A stretch of 64,000 bases of DNA, from positions 1-64,000 of the IMG/VR virus record IMGVR_UViG_3300032030_000030. One strand, 5' to 3'. Positions 18,346 through 28,184 of the stretch are shown here, in pieces. This stretch comes from a virus. Taxonomy: Duplodnaviria; Caudoviricetes. The notes below the pieces were generated by a model. The model saw only the letters and a program-made list of their open reading frames with translations, was not told the origin of the DNA and made no database searches. A program made the position numbers and the translations under genes. Numbering within the stretch: the stretch's first letter is position 1; every line of letters begins with the position of its first letter.

Positions 18346-18846
18346 TTGTATTACATCGACAACACTCGTGGTGACATATCATTGTCTTTCTTCCGTGAAT
18401 TATGTGCTTCCATCGGCATTACGCCGATATATGAGCGAGAGAGAGACATTGACCACGGGTTGTTCCTAATCGACGAAGAGAAAAACTCCATTGCACAAAT
18501 CTGGTTTGACCAGAACAAAGACGGCTATAATAAGATTCGTGAGATGTTTGCACAATTCGATGTTGCGAACTTAATAATCACGTATCTTATAAGCAAGATG
18601 GACTGCAATGCAGAAGAGGGCAAGGAATTGGCGTTCTTGAACGAAAAATACCTTGAACTCACAAAGTATTTTGTCGATTACCCGAATGGGAAATACTACT
18701 ACATCACACCTACCCGTTTTAAGGAGGCCCCATGGTGCGTCAATAGCGATGTTCATTCTGAACATTTCTTCAAATTTCAGGATGCACCGAATTGTTCACG
18801 TTTCTTTCAGAGATTTGAAAAAATCTTTGACAAAATCCTATTATGA
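18346..18846 (+). CDS. hypothetical protein
   Basis: ORF with TTG start filling the operon gap. Confidence 0.7.
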   Translation: MYYIDNTRGDISLSFFRELCASIGITPIYERERDIDHGLFLIDEEKNSIAQIWFDQNKDGYNKIREMFAQFDVANLIITYLISKMDCNAEEGKELAFLNEKYLELTKYFVDYPNGKYYYITPTRFKEAPWCVNSDVHSEHFFKFQDAPNCSRFFQRFEKIFDKILL

Positions 18847-19322
18847 ATATCATACAAATTGTTAGGGAACGATTCCCTATGGTGAAAATGTTCGCGGATT
18901 TTCAAGACCCGAACATATCGCCAAACGCAACTTGTCGCCAAAAGGTGATAAGTACAGACTATGTGAAAATCACACAAAAGGCAGTCTACGACAACAAATA
19001 CCAGAAACCTCAGTATGAATATGAGATAGCAATTCTCCCCACAGGCAAGAAGTATTACTTCTATCGTGGTGCACACGTGAACAACACGGTATTGCGCACG
19101 ATGCTTAATGAAATGACTGAGGTTGCGAAGAAAGAGCAATCGCAGAAGCCCGAGCCAGAAGAAGCCAAAGTAACCGACAAAGAGGTCTCAATGACTTACG
19201 AACAACTCGCAACCATCAAGAACCTCTATGCAGCCCTTGGCGTCATACTGAGGGCGTTGGGCATCATCACTGTCGAAGACGACACTAAAATCGCAAAGAA
19301 AATCCTTGGCATGACAGAGTAA
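18843..19322 (+). CDS. hypothetical protein
   Basis: ATGA-coupled ORF. Confidence 0.75.
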   Translation: MNIIQIVRERFPMVKMFADFQDPNISPNATCRQKVISTDYVKITQKAVYDNKYQKPQYEYEIAILPTGKKYYFYRGAHVNNTVLRTMLNEMTEVAKKEQSQKPEPEEAKVTDKEVSMTYEQLATIKNLYAALGVILRALGIITVEDDTKIAKKILGMTE

Positions 19323-19339
19323 GGTAAATTGTTTAGCAT

Positions 19340-19370
19340 TTTGTAGTTTGGGAGTTTGTTAGTATTTTTG
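19340..19370 (+). promoter_or_regulatory. Bacteroidetes sigma promoter (TTTG-N19-TAnnTTTG)
   Basis: TTTG 19340-19343, TATTTTTG 19363-19370. Confidence 0.7.
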
Positions 19371-19377
19371 CTCCGAT

Positions 19378-19608
19378 ATGAAAAGGAAAGTGCTTATCAC
19401 CTCAGAATGGTGTGGCTCCTGTAAAGAAGCCAAAATAAAATATGATTCCGCACATATAGACTATGAGGAAGTGCAGTATGATTCTGAAATGGGTGAAAAA
19501 CTCATTGACGAATACAATATACGGCGTATTCCAGCACTGGTTTACGATGGTGGAGTTATTATAGGTACGCCTGAAAATAAAGATTTGAAAATACTAACAA
19601 ACTTTTGA
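19378..19608 (+). CDS. glutaredoxin/thioredoxin-like protein
   Basis: WCGSC and IRRIPAL. Confidence 0.85.
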   Translation: MKRKVLITSEWCGSCKEAKIKYDSAHIDYEEVQYDSEMGEKLIDEYNIRRIPALVYDGGVIIGTPENKDLKILTNF

Positions 19609-19610
19609 TT

Positions 19611-20120
19611 ATGAGATATACTAATACAAATTTCTTTACGGCACTCAAAAGAAATGGAGACAGATACTTGCGTCAGAAGCAATACTTCTACACTGTTATC
19701 TTGCCAAAAGTCATGAACCTTGTTGCAAGGAAAGTTATAGATGAGTTCAAGATTAATCTTGCAGACAATATTCTTGATGAACCAATTTACTTCGAGATTC
19801 ACGACAATGGTACGGTAACATATAACAATGCAGAGTATCACTACCTCGTCGAAAAAGGCGAGAATGGTGAGACCACGTTGAACAATACGATGGAAAGGCT
19901 TATTCCTGTATTGTCAGACAAGAAGTTTCTTTACTTGCAAGAGACCATTTCTGAGTTCTTCGAGATTCTTAATATGAAGTACATCAAAGGAGCAGAAAGG
20001 GCATACAAAGCCAATGTACGCCTTAACGAGATGTTCGGAATATTTGAGAGACCCGAAGTAACGACCGATTGGATGTCTGAACAAGACAATGCGAGATGCG
20101 TATGTAAAACAATGTTTTAA
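19611..20120 (+). CDS. hypothetical protein
   Basis: ORF in operon. Confidence 0.75.
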   Translation: MRYTNTNFFTALKRNGDRYLRQKQYFYTVILPKVMNLVARKVIDEFKINLADNILDEPIYFEIHDNGTVTYNNAEYHYLVEKGENGETTLNNTMERLIPVLSDKKFLYLQETISEFFEILNMKYIKGAERAYKANVRLNEMFGIFERPEVTTDWMSEQDNARCVCKTMF

Positions 20121-20559
20121 TGTAATGGGATGGGGTACCTCCCTTGTTAGGGAAGACTACTTTTCTAAGCAGACTTTTCGCTCTATTGATGACATCGAAA
20201 GTGAAATCAAAGATGCGAAACGCGAAAATACTCTGGCAATCAATACGTTAAACCGATTGGCGACGATGACAGAGCCGCAGAAATTTATCTGCCCAGAAAA
20301 GTACGATTGTGCAGATGTCTACACCGCAATCGAAAACATGGTAAGCGAGGCAATCGAAACCCTGCAAGACAATGCAGTTTATCTTTATAGGCTTCATGCC
20401 TTCAAGGATAGTTGGGAAGATTGCCACACAACAAACAAAGAAGGTCGAGCCGTTGCCAAAGAGCCGCCGCCTGGTTTTGAACCGCCGTATATGTACGGTG
20501 ATTTTATCGAAGGTGACCGCCATAACGAACATGGCGACGAAATTGACCAAAATGTCTAA
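20089..20559 (+). CDS. hypothetical protein
   Basis: ORF followed by terminator. Confidence 0.75.
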   Translation: MRDAYVKQCFNVMGWGTSLVREDYFSKQTFRSIDDIESEIKDAKRENTLAINTLNRLATMTEPQKFICPEKYDCADVYTAIENMVSEAIETLQDNAVYLYRLHAFKDSWEDCHTTNKEGRAVAKEPPPGFEPPYMYGDFIEGDRHNEHGDEIDQNV

Positions 20560-20562
20560 CCG

Positions 20563-20586
20563 AGGGGGCAACAGCCCCCTTTTTTA
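20563..20586 (+). terminator. intrinsic terminator
   Basis: AGGGGGC-AACA-GCCCCCT plus T run. Confidence 0.8.
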
Positions 20587-20599
20587 ATATGTTTTAAAA

Positions 20600-21094
20600 A
20601 TGAAACTTAAAATACAAGTATACCTGCTTGACCCGCATTGCTCGCTTTCGGTAAATCCGAAAGGCGACCTCATTGACGTAAAGACGCGAGTTGAGACAAA
20701 GATGACACACCTTGACTATCAAAGGATTCCTCTTGGCGCAGTGATTATCCTTCCGAAAGGATGCAAGGCTGACCTTAAGATGAGGTCTTCGACATTCGAG
20801 AAATGGGGTATCATCATGGCGAACAGCATCGGTACTATTGACTGGACATACAGGGGCATTGACGACGAATGGAAACTTCCTGCATTGTGTCTTCGTAAGA
20901 CTCAGAAGCAGAAGTATGTCATCATTCCACGATATACCAAAATCGCTCAGTTTGAGGTTACACTGTCGCCACGCGCAACCTTTTGGCAGAAGCTGAAGTT
21001 CATGCTTTCCAGCGGTTTCGAGATTGAGTACATCGACGCATCTCAAGTCCCAGGAGAATCTCGTGGCGGATTTGGAAAATCAGGTGAAAAATGA
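20600..21094 (+). CDS. dut: trimeric dUTPase
   Basis: RSST, GTIDWTYRG, IAQF, RGGFGKSG. Confidence 0.9.
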   Translation: MKLKIQVYLLDPHCSLSVNPKGDLIDVKTRVETKMTHLDYQRIPLGAVIILPKGCKADLKMRSSTFEKWGIIMANSIGTIDWTYRGIDDEWKLPALCLRKTQKQKYVIIPRYTKIAQFEVTLSPRATFWQKLKFMLSSGFEIEYIDASQVPGESRGGFGKSGEK

Positions 21095-21690
21095 AAGTCC
21101 CTCTTTTAAATTTCCCCGAAGAGACAGTATATATCGACGGAAGATATTGGTATTCAGTAACATTTCTCCCAATAAAAGCCATAATTCCATTTATGGCTTT
21201 TGCTGCTATAACATCTTTGCCAAGAAGACTGCTGAAACGTTTGTATGCCATGATTAAACCTGTATTGCCAGGATTCAAAATCAAACCAGTAGGTGGTCCA
21301 GGCACTTTGAGAATTAAAGTCAGACTATACAACAGCGAGCGTTGCAATTACTTTACGTATTTTGTGACTGAGCATGGATTGGTTCGCTCTTGTAATCTAC
21401 AAGACCTTGTATCGGCTTTTGATTCTTTTCAGAAGTTTATGGAAGAAATTTCTTCTGTGGACAACGAACTTACTTGGGAGTTTGTGAATGACATTGATTA
21501 TATAACCGACATAAAAACCACAAGAAGATATGATAACGGAGTGGGTTATAGTGTCATATATATAGTCATTGCAAGAACGTTGGTATTATACATTTCACCA
21601 GGGGAATGCGAAGGAGAAGGATTTGTCATGCCGCCAAAAGCCAGAACTGGAAATGTGTATTGCATTCACAAAGTAGGATTAATCGTATGA
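21091..21690 (+). CDS. hypothetical protein (PRRL family)
   Basis: ORF; LPRRLLKRL motif. Confidence 0.7.
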   Translation: MKVPLLNFPEETVYIDGRYWYSVTFLPIKAIIPFMAFAAITSLPRRLLKRLYAMIKPVLPGFKIKPVGGPGTLRIKVRLYNSERCNYFTYFVTEHGLVRSCNLQDLVSAFDSFQKFMEEISSVDNELTWEFVNDIDYITDIKTTRRYDNGVGYSVIYIVIARTLVLYISPGECEGEGFVMPPKARTGNVYCIHKVGLIV

Positions 21691-21694
21691 GAAT

Positions 21695-22174
21695 ATGACA
21701 AATTTTTTCGTTGTAGACGACCAAGTATATCTTAGGCTTCCTATTACAATACTTGACGGTCTTGCATCTATGACAACATTTCTGAGATTCCCACGTAGGA
21801 TAAAGACTTATTACAGAATCTTCAATATGCTCGAAGATGTCAAAATTAAGCGCAAAAGTTCATCTTGTCTCAAAGTGTACTTCAATTGCTATAGTTTGTA
21901 TTTATTAAATACATACGGAGTGCTTTTGTCTTTTAGAGAAAGGACTTATCCTCTTGGTGATGTAATTCTGCTTTGGAATGAAATGCTCAGCGAAATCAAA
22001 AGAGGTGTATTCCCAAAATACAGGAAAAACGCCGACGCAAAGTATTGCTATTATGAAAAATCAGAACATTACAATGCAATCATCATAAATGCAGGTTTTT
22101 CACTTGTGCTTAAAACAACAAATTCCAAAAAAGTAAGTGAAGATGACATTGCAGACTTTGGGATTCTCTTATAG
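21695..22174 (+). CDS. hypothetical protein (PRRL family-like)
   Basis: ORF; LPI...FPRRI motif. Confidence 0.7.
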   Translation: MTNFFVVDDQVYLRLPITILDGLASMTTFLRFPRRIKTYYRIFNMLEDVKIKRKSSSCLKVYFNCYSLYLLNTYGVLLSFRERTYPLGDVILLWNEMLSEIKRGVFPKYRKNADAKYCYYEKSEHYNAIIINAGFSLVLKTTNSKKVSEDDIADFGILL

Positions 22175-22325
22175 AAGGGGAACGCTGTTTGTTAACGGCA
22201 AAAGACTCTGTGAAATGGATGACACAGAGTTAAATAAAGAAATTCATTCAAATCCAGATTGGTATGAGCGTCAACTCGCTCAGCAAGAACTTAAATACCG
22301 TGAAGAAGATGACAACGAAGAATGA
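22143..22325 (+). CDS. small hypothetical protein
   Basis: ORF bridging neighbours. Confidence 0.55.
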   Translation: MTLQTLGFSYRRGTLFVNGKRLCEMDDTELNKEIHSNPDWYERQLAQQELKYREEDDNEE

Positions 22326-22554
22326 TGGTTTTGTTGACTACAACACCGACGACGACTGGGATGGTATTGATGACGACGGTTGGTATGGTGATGAAGACGA
22401 GTATCCAGAAGACCCGTTTGTTGACCCGTACTATCCTTACGACCCTGGATACGACCCTCGCTATGACGACGACTATGACGATGACGATGACGATGATGAA
22501 TGGGATGACATTCTCAGCGACCTCGACGGCTATGACAACAACGACATTTACTAA
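22309..22554 (+). CDS. very acidic Asp/Tyr/Pro-rich small protein
   Basis: 81 aa dominated by Asp, GAC/GAT codon periodicity. Confidence 0.7.
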   Translation: MTTKNDGFVDYNTDDDWDGIDDDGWYGDEDEYPEDPFVDPYYPYDPGYDPRYDDDYDDDDDDDEWDDILSDLDGYDNNDIY

Positions 22555-22711
22555 ATCGCAAGAAGTAGACAGACCACTGTATAAAGGTAAGCTTATTCCA
22601 AACGTAAAGAAATGCTACACAAGATGTGCCTTGTAGACATCGCGTTTGGGAGAAAATAAGTAAGGGATGCCGACGCCCTTTAATTCGTCGGCTTTCTTTA
22701 ATAATGTTGTT

Positions 22712-23059
22712 ATGAGAGGAAATCGTTTAATTAAGAAGGTTAAAGAACTTCAGAAGCTCTATGGACATGATGTCGAAATATTACTCCATAAAAATGGAGG
22801 CTTTCGAGACATTTGTTTTGATAACGTAAATACTTATCAGGGCATAAGGTTTGGTACAATTGAACCGATTGGAGATACGTATGTATCATCAGAGCATATC
22901 ATACACGACATAATGGAAGCAAGACATTATGGCCGTTATCGTGGATATGAACATTGTACAATATTACCTCATCTTACTGCGCAGGAACATCTTGCAGCGA
23001 TTACTCAGGTAAGAGGTGGTGTACGTTATAATAACGACAGTGGAGCCATCCCGTTTTAA
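22712..23059 (+). CDS. hypothetical protein, MxGNxLIK family copy 1
   Basis: N-terminus shared with next two ORFs. Confidence 0.8.
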   Translation: MRGNRLIKKVKELQKLYGHDVEILLHKNGGFRDICFDNVNTYQGIRFGTIEPIGDTYVSSEHIIHDIMEARHYGRYRGYEHCTILPHLTAQEHLAAITQVRGGVRYNNDSGAIPF

Positions 23060-23071
23060 AAACAAAAGAGC

Positions 23072-23359
23072 ATGAAGGGAAACAAATTAATCAAAAGAAT
23101 CAAAGCTCTGCAAAGAGCAGCAGGACATGACATAGAAATCGGCTTTCAAGGAAATGCAGGCTATCGTGACATTATGATAGGTTCACGTTCTACAAGTCGT
23201 AATGAGGTTACAATTCCATTCGCAGCAATATTACTTGCAGGTGGCGGCTATTATCCAAGCGATATCTTTATGAAAATTGCCTTGGGGAATAGAATCGACA
23301 TACTTGGCAATCCTCGTTGTGACATAACAGATGCTGAAAAGATTTTTATGTCTGATTAA
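23072..23359 (+). CDS. hypothetical protein, MxGNxLIK family copy 2
   Basis: MKGNKLIKRIKALQRAAGHDIEI. Confidence 0.8.
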   Translation: MKGNKLIKRIKALQRAAGHDIEIGFQGNAGYRDIMIGSRSTSRNEVTIPFAAILLAGGGYYPSDIFMKIALGNRIDILGNPRCDITDAEKIFMSD

Positions 23360-23369
23360 ACAGTGTAAA

Positions 23370-23828
23370 ATGAAAGGTAATAGACTAATCAAAATTATCA
23401 AAAAATACCAAAGAATGTTTGGGAAAGACCCTGAAATACTATTCAAAGGTGTTTTTGGATATAGCGACATTGAAATGTTGCCGCTAAGGGCATTGATAAC
23501 GGAAGGACTTGATGCAAGAGGACGAGCAGTATGTGTGATAGAAGGTCGTGGTCAAGGCAGGACTTATCCTACTATTGCTATTGATGAAATCGAGCGAGAA
23601 AGAGCAGCAGCAGATAATTCCCGTCTGACAATGACCCAAGATTTACACGAAGATGCTGTTATTCGACAAAACACACTCGATTCGATAGCAGCTGAAATAC
23701 CAGACGACCTCTCGACATATGTGCGAGAAAGAACAGAATCAATTATTAATCACCGTATTATGCACCCAGAATACTATGCGGACCCACAAGTATACACACA
23801 GGGATATACGCAAGGAAATCCCAATTAA
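23370..23828 (+). CDS. hypothetical protein, MxGNxLIK family copy 3
   Basis: MKGNRLIKIIKKYQRMFGKDPEI. Confidence 0.8.
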   Translation: MKGNRLIKIIKKYQRMFGKDPEILFKGVFGYSDIEMLPLRALITEGLDARGRAVCVIEGRGQGRTYPTIAIDEIERERAAADNSRLTMTQDLHEDAVIRQNTLDSIAAEIPDDLSTYVRERTESIINHRIMHPEYYADPQVYTQGYTQGNPN

Positions 23829-23853
23829 ACGGCTTGCAAATGGATGTATTACA

Positions 23854-24021
23854 ATGCAACAAATGCTTCTTGAACATCCAGTTGTTCGTGAATCTGACGC
23901 TATGTACATCGTTGCCTCTTGCCTTAAAGACGGCAAACATCCATTAACGAATCCAAGCAACGATTCTGACGACGGCTCCGCAGGTATGGAGTATATTCAG
24001 GATATGCTTGACAACTTCTAA
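23854..24021 (+). CDS. small hypothetical protein
   Basis: ATG ORF filling gap. Confidence 0.5.
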   Translation: MQQMLLEHPVVRESDAMYIVASCLKDGKHPLTNPSNDSDDGSAGMEYIQDMLDNF

Positions 24022-24032
24022 ACTAAAACGCT

Positions 24033-24260
24033 ATGAGCAAAGAAAGAAGTGCAATATTCCAACAGATGGAAAAATATCAGAGCATGACCTTGAAGCAATT
24101 GTCTGATATTACTTGCAAACACAAATGCGACAACTGTCAATGGAAATACGATACTCTCGAAGGAGAGAAATGTATTGCATTGGCAGCAAGCGTATTCCTT
24201 AACAGGAAATATGATGAAACAATAAACAAGGCAATAGCATATGATACATCTCACAATTGA
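24033..24260 (+). CDS. small Cys-containing protein
   Basis: CKHKCDNC...C pattern. Confidence 0.65.
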   Translation: MSKERSAIFQQMEKYQSMTLKQLSDITCKHKCDNCQWKYDTLEGEKCIALAASVFLNRKYDETINKAIAYDTSHN

Positions 24261-24432
24261 TATGCACCTTGCGTTAAAAAACAAGGTGTATCGCGAAGCG
24301 AAAATTGAAGAAATGAACAATATCATCATTGCTTTGAATACAATGGCTGAAACGCCAGAAAATAATCGTAAAAACAAAAACAGTAACAAAAAATGCCAGT
24401 CAAAAACGCAATTAAATCTGCCGCCGACGTAG
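24241..24432 (+). CDS. small hypothetical protein
   Basis: ORF overlapping both neighbours. Confidence 0.4.
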   Translation: MIHLTIDMHLALKNKVYREAKIEEMNNIIIALNTMAETPENNRKNKNSNKKCQSKTQLNLPPT

Positions 24433-25592
24433 AGGAGACAGGTTTTTCGGAAGAAGAAGCCGCCGAAATCGAAAAAAAGGCTGCCGAGGCTATGAAGATG
24501 AAAACAGACAACTTTGTCAACGTGAAAATCGGAGACAAAGAAACCAAGATTGTCTTCACGCCACAAATGTACTACGATATGCTCGACTTAGACAGCGAGG
24601 AAAAATCAGTCCGTCACATGATTCATACCTTGAAATACGCAATCAATAAAGTGATTATGGACAATTTTCCAGACGAGGTATTTGCAGAGGCAACTATGCC
24701 GTTGATTGTAATGTGGCTCATCGAAGAGTTCAACAAGATTGCAATAGACGGCAAAGAACATCAGGGTATTACCATTACAAACGAGTTCTACGCATTCTAT
24801 TCACCTGGAATGTTGACTCTGAACGATGACACTTCTAAAAACAAGCCAAGTGTCAAGTTGGTAATCTCCATGCCTAACAAGCCAATAAACTTTTACCGTA
24901 TGTACTGCAAAACAGACCTTCATCAGTACGAAATGTATGGACTTAACGAAGACCGTATATTCGCAGTACGTCGTCTTCGTAGAGGCGAAAGAGACGAAAC
25001 AGGAGTATGGGACCATGACATCATTCAGTACCGTACTAAGGAACAAGTTAATGCTCGTCTTAATTTGCAGGAAGACTGTGAGCTTCGTAAGTTCAACCGT
25101 GAAAAGGCAATTCGTGACAGATTTCTTTCAGTAATGTTCCGTAATGGATTCTCAATTCCGACTATAGTCGGTCATAACGAATATGGAGACGAATGCGAAG
25201 AAATTCGCCTGTCGATTTTCAGCGGTAGTACAGAAGCTGTTGTATTGCTTCCAATCAACGCGACAGACAATCCTGAAGATTTGCAACGAGAAATAAGACT
25301 GCAAGACGAGTACGCCAAGAACAGGTATGAAGTTCGCTGGCCGTATGTTGACGACGACAGCGATGGAACCTCTGATGAAGATGAAGATTTGTTCAACGAG
25401 GAAGACCCACTTGGTGCTTGTAAGAGTGAAGATACCGAGAATACCGACCAGGATTCTAATTCGGGATTGATGTCAGCGTTGGTTAAATATATGCTTGATG
25501 ATACCAATGCGGAAATCACATCCTGTGAAGATGGAGTTGTAGTCACAGCTCCTGAAGAAGCAGAAGAAGCAGAAGAGGCTGAAGAAGCCTAA
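24393..25592 (+). CDS. hypothetical protein with acidic C-terminus
   Basis: 399-aa ORF ending in EEA repeats. Confidence 0.85.
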   Translation: MPVKNAIKSAADVEETGFSEEEAAEIEKKAAEAMKMKTDNFVNVKIGDKETKIVFTPQMYYDMLDLDSEEKSVRHMIHTLKYAINKVIMDNFPDEVFAEATMPLIVMWLIEEFNKIAIDGKEHQGITITNEFYAFYSPGMLTLNDDTSKNKPSVKLVISMPNKPINFYRMYCKTDLHQYEMYGLNEDRIFAVRRLRRGERDETGVWDHDIIQYRTKEQVNARLNLQEDCELRKFNREKAIRDRFLSVMFRNGFSIPTIVGHNEYGDECEEIRLSIFSGSTEAVVLLPINATDNPEDLQREIRLQDEYAKNRYEVRWPYVDDDSDGTSDEDEDLFNEEDPLGACKSEDTENTDQDSNSGLMSALVKYMLDDTNAEITSCEDGVVVTAPEEAEEAEEAEEA

Positions 25593-25617
25593 TTATTAAC
25601 AATAACAAACAAACAAA

Positions 25618-26520
25618 ATGAACAACAAAGTACACATTCACATCAATGGCGACGAGTTTTCGGTGGACTTCCGTCCAATGGACTACGCCTTGATGTTGCA
25701 GGACAACTGTCTTGCTCGAACAGCTGATTTCATCAGCGGAATCGTCAGTGAGCGTCTTGAAAAAGGCGGCTTCGTAAAAGGTAAGGGTATTATTGACCTG
25801 GTTGAAACTGGTGTCCAGATTCAAGTTGACAGGGCTTACCACAATGGTAACACCGATTGGGCGGTTGTTATCAAGGAAGACCCGACAATCAAAATCAAGC
25901 TCGAACTCCCGTTGAAGAAGTTTGAAGACTTCTACGTGGACAACATGAACGACGACCAGCGTGCTATTGGCCTTAGCGGTCAGGAAATCATTGGCTGTCA
26001 GAAACGCAACAAGGATGGCAAGTACAAGTTTGAAATGTATTCGATTCCAAGGAAACCTCTTGCGAAGGCGGATTATGTTGCATTCATTGACGAGTGCATC
26101 GTCGATGAATGTATCATGTTCCACCTTCATTCAGCCATAGCCCGTATTCTCCATTCCGCAGCAGAATCGGGTTTGAGATACAATGTCGTAGGAGACGACG
26201 TAATGTTCTTCCTCGAAAAGGACGACACCGACCAGGCTCCTATCAAGTCATTCTCTCTCCATGACGCAATGTTCGGCAAAATCCCTGAAGACAAGGACTT
26301 GGATGACTTTCTTGCGAACGAGGAAGCTGCTGCAAAGGGAAAGCAGGAATCTCCAAAGACTGAACCAGCAGAGGAACCTACCAAGGAATCTGCCGAGGAA
26401 CCAGTCGAGGCAACCCAGCAGTTTGCAGGACAGCAACCCGAAGAAGAACCGCAAGAGGCAACTGAACAGTCTACAAAGTCTGACTCGGTAGAAGCAGATG
26501 CTGCTTCCGCAGGTTACTAA
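25618..26520 (+). CDS. hypothetical protein with acidic low-complexity tail
   Basis: 300-aa ORF, biased codons. Confidence 0.85.
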   Translation: MNNKVHIHINGDEFSVDFRPMDYALMLQDNCLARTADFISGIVSERLEKGGFVKGKGIIDLVETGVQIQVDRAYHNGNTDWAVVIKEDPTIKIKLELPLKKFEDFYVDNMNDDQRAIGLSGQEIIGCQKRNKDGKYKFEMYSIPRKPLAKADYVAFIDECIVDECIMFHLHSAIARILHSAAESGLRYNVVGDDVMFFLEKDDTDQAPIKSFSLHDAMFGKIPEDKDLDDFLANEEAAAKGKQESPKTEPAEEPTKESAEEPVEATQQFAGQQPEEEPQEATEQSTKSDSVEADAASAGY

Positions 26521-26598
26521 AAATGTTGGTTCTCGCCTATCTGTTAGGCAGGCGTAGTCATAGCAATATGGCTGCGCCATTTTTTTTAAAAAAAAACT

Positions 26599-27111
26599 AT
26601 GGTACTTGAACAATTAATGTTTCTTGCAAAGATACGCTTGGAACACAATCGTATACCAAGACGATTGATTCCCAAGCTACGAACAGCCATTAAAAGTTTT
26701 CCTGATAAACATCCTAAAATTTTTGTTCGATACGGACGCCTTGCTATTTCTGATTTACCAAATGGTTGGTTTAATACCATTAATTGGATTGTCGAACATT
26801 ACTACGTAATTCAAGATGCACCGATAACTTCACTTGGTACGTTCTCGGATATGGCGTTACGTTTAACAGAGAGTGAGAACAGATATTGGGTAACTGTAAA
26901 AGGTTATAATTGCGATGGCTTTTGGATTCCTCCTCATAGAGACGCAGCCATTGTGGACCATGCAGTTGTGTTTGTTGATGGAGCCATTGCATTAAAAGTA
27001 GAAAACCGTAACGGTAAATACTTTATTGCAGACTACCTTATTGGAAATATGTTTTGGCGTAATGCAAGCGACATAATAGAACTATGGAGACATGAAAGAA
27101 TACGTCCTTAA
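26599..27111 (+). CDS. hypothetical protein (PRRL family)
   Basis: LMFLAK...IPRRLIPKL...KSFP. Confidence 0.75.
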   Translation: MVLEQLMFLAKIRLEHNRIPRRLIPKLRTAIKSFPDKHPKIFVRYGRLAISDLPNGWFNTINWIVEHYYVIQDAPITSLGTFSDMALRLTESENRYWVTVKGYNCDGFWIPPHRDAAIVDHAVVFVDGAIALKVENRNGKYFIADYLIGNMFWRNASDIIELWRHERIRP

Positions 27112-27649
27112 TGCACTAAAATTCCTTGTGCATATTGACATTAGTAAAGGAATATCGAGAAGATTATATCCGAAGTTGCTGACTTTACTCAAAACCTTTC
27201 CAAAGTCAACCTATCAAAAAACGTCAAAAGGCATTTATGCCCCAAAGTTTGGTAATTTTTGGTGGGCAAAATCAGGAGAACAAAGATACGGATGGGAACG
27301 AACATTACGTTCTATAATAAGTAACTTTGATTGTGTTGACAACACAGATATTTGTGACTATAAAACATTTACGGAAAGGGCAGCAAAACTTAGTCGTGCA
27401 AGAGAGCCGTATTGGGTTCGTTGTTTTTTCTACAAATGCAATAAGTTTCTACTTGATGGAGATACACCAGATGTTATCGTTATAACAATAGATGATGTAA
27501 TCGCTTTATTGGTAGAGACTGTGATTGACCCCGAAGATGAAGCGAGTCGTTTTGAAATAACAAATTATTTGTTCATTAGAGGAACATATAAATATGGTGA
27601 TACTCTTTTAAAAGCATTAACGGATGACAAAGCATTACGAAAATCTTAG
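27092..27649 (+). CDS. hypothetical protein (PRRL family)
   Basis: LKFLVH...ISRRLYPKL...KTFP. Confidence 0.75.
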   Translation: MKEYVLNALKFLVHIDISKGISRRLYPKLLTLLKTFPKSTYQKTSKGIYAPKFGNFWWAKSGEQRYGWERTLRSIISNFDCVDNTDICDYKTFTERAAKLSRAREPYWVRCFFYKCNKFLLDGDTPDVIVITIDDVIALLVETVIDPEDEASRFEITNYLFIRGTYKYGDTLLKALTDDKALRKS

Positions 27650-28160
27650 CTTTATGGCTCATTTAAGAAGAGACAGTTCTGTATCAAGAAGATTGCTTAG
27701 GAAGTTTGCGAGTATGGGTATGTTCTATCAACGTATTAGGCGGTATCATGACTTTTTTACAAAGAAACCAATTCTTTGGATAGGTGATAATCGCCTTTCG
27801 GGTCGAATAAGGGTGTTGTATACAGTATCTGATTTATCATGCGTTGCCAATATGCTATTAACTATTGCAAATGCAATAATAGCACATAAAAGATTGCTTG
27901 ATTGTGATGAGGTTAAGAATATTTGCATAGCATATCATTACAACATGGCTGTTGAAAAGTCGCTAAGTATAAGATATCCATTTGGTTGGAGACTTGCAAG
28001 ATTTGCTCTTTTCTACGATAACCAATGTATAATTGTAGAAGCTGGTGATGTTGGGTATGAAATCATTGGATATTATATCAAGGCATCATATTTCAAAAAT
28101 CTTGAATGTATCCCCGAAAATTGTCTACCTAAATATCGTTCATTCGGTAATTTTTTATAA
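27624..28160 (+). CDS. hypothetical protein (PRRL family)
   Basis: LSFMAH...VSRRLLRKF. Confidence 0.7.
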   Translation: MTKHYENLSFMAHLRRDSSVSRRLLRKFASMGMFYQRIRRYHDFFTKKPILWIGDNRLSGRIRVLYTVSDLSCVANMLLTIANAIIAHKRLLDCDEVKNICIAYHYNMAVEKSLSIRYPFGWRLARFALFYDNQCIIVEAGDVGYEIIGYYIKASYFKNLECIPENCLPKYRSFGNFL

Positions 28161-28165
28161 CTTTG
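28158..28165 (+). promoter_or_regulatory. Bacteroidetes sigma -7 element
   Basis: TAACTTTG upstream of thyX. Confidence 0.6.
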
Positions 28166-28184
28166 CATCGTTATTTTAAAAGTT

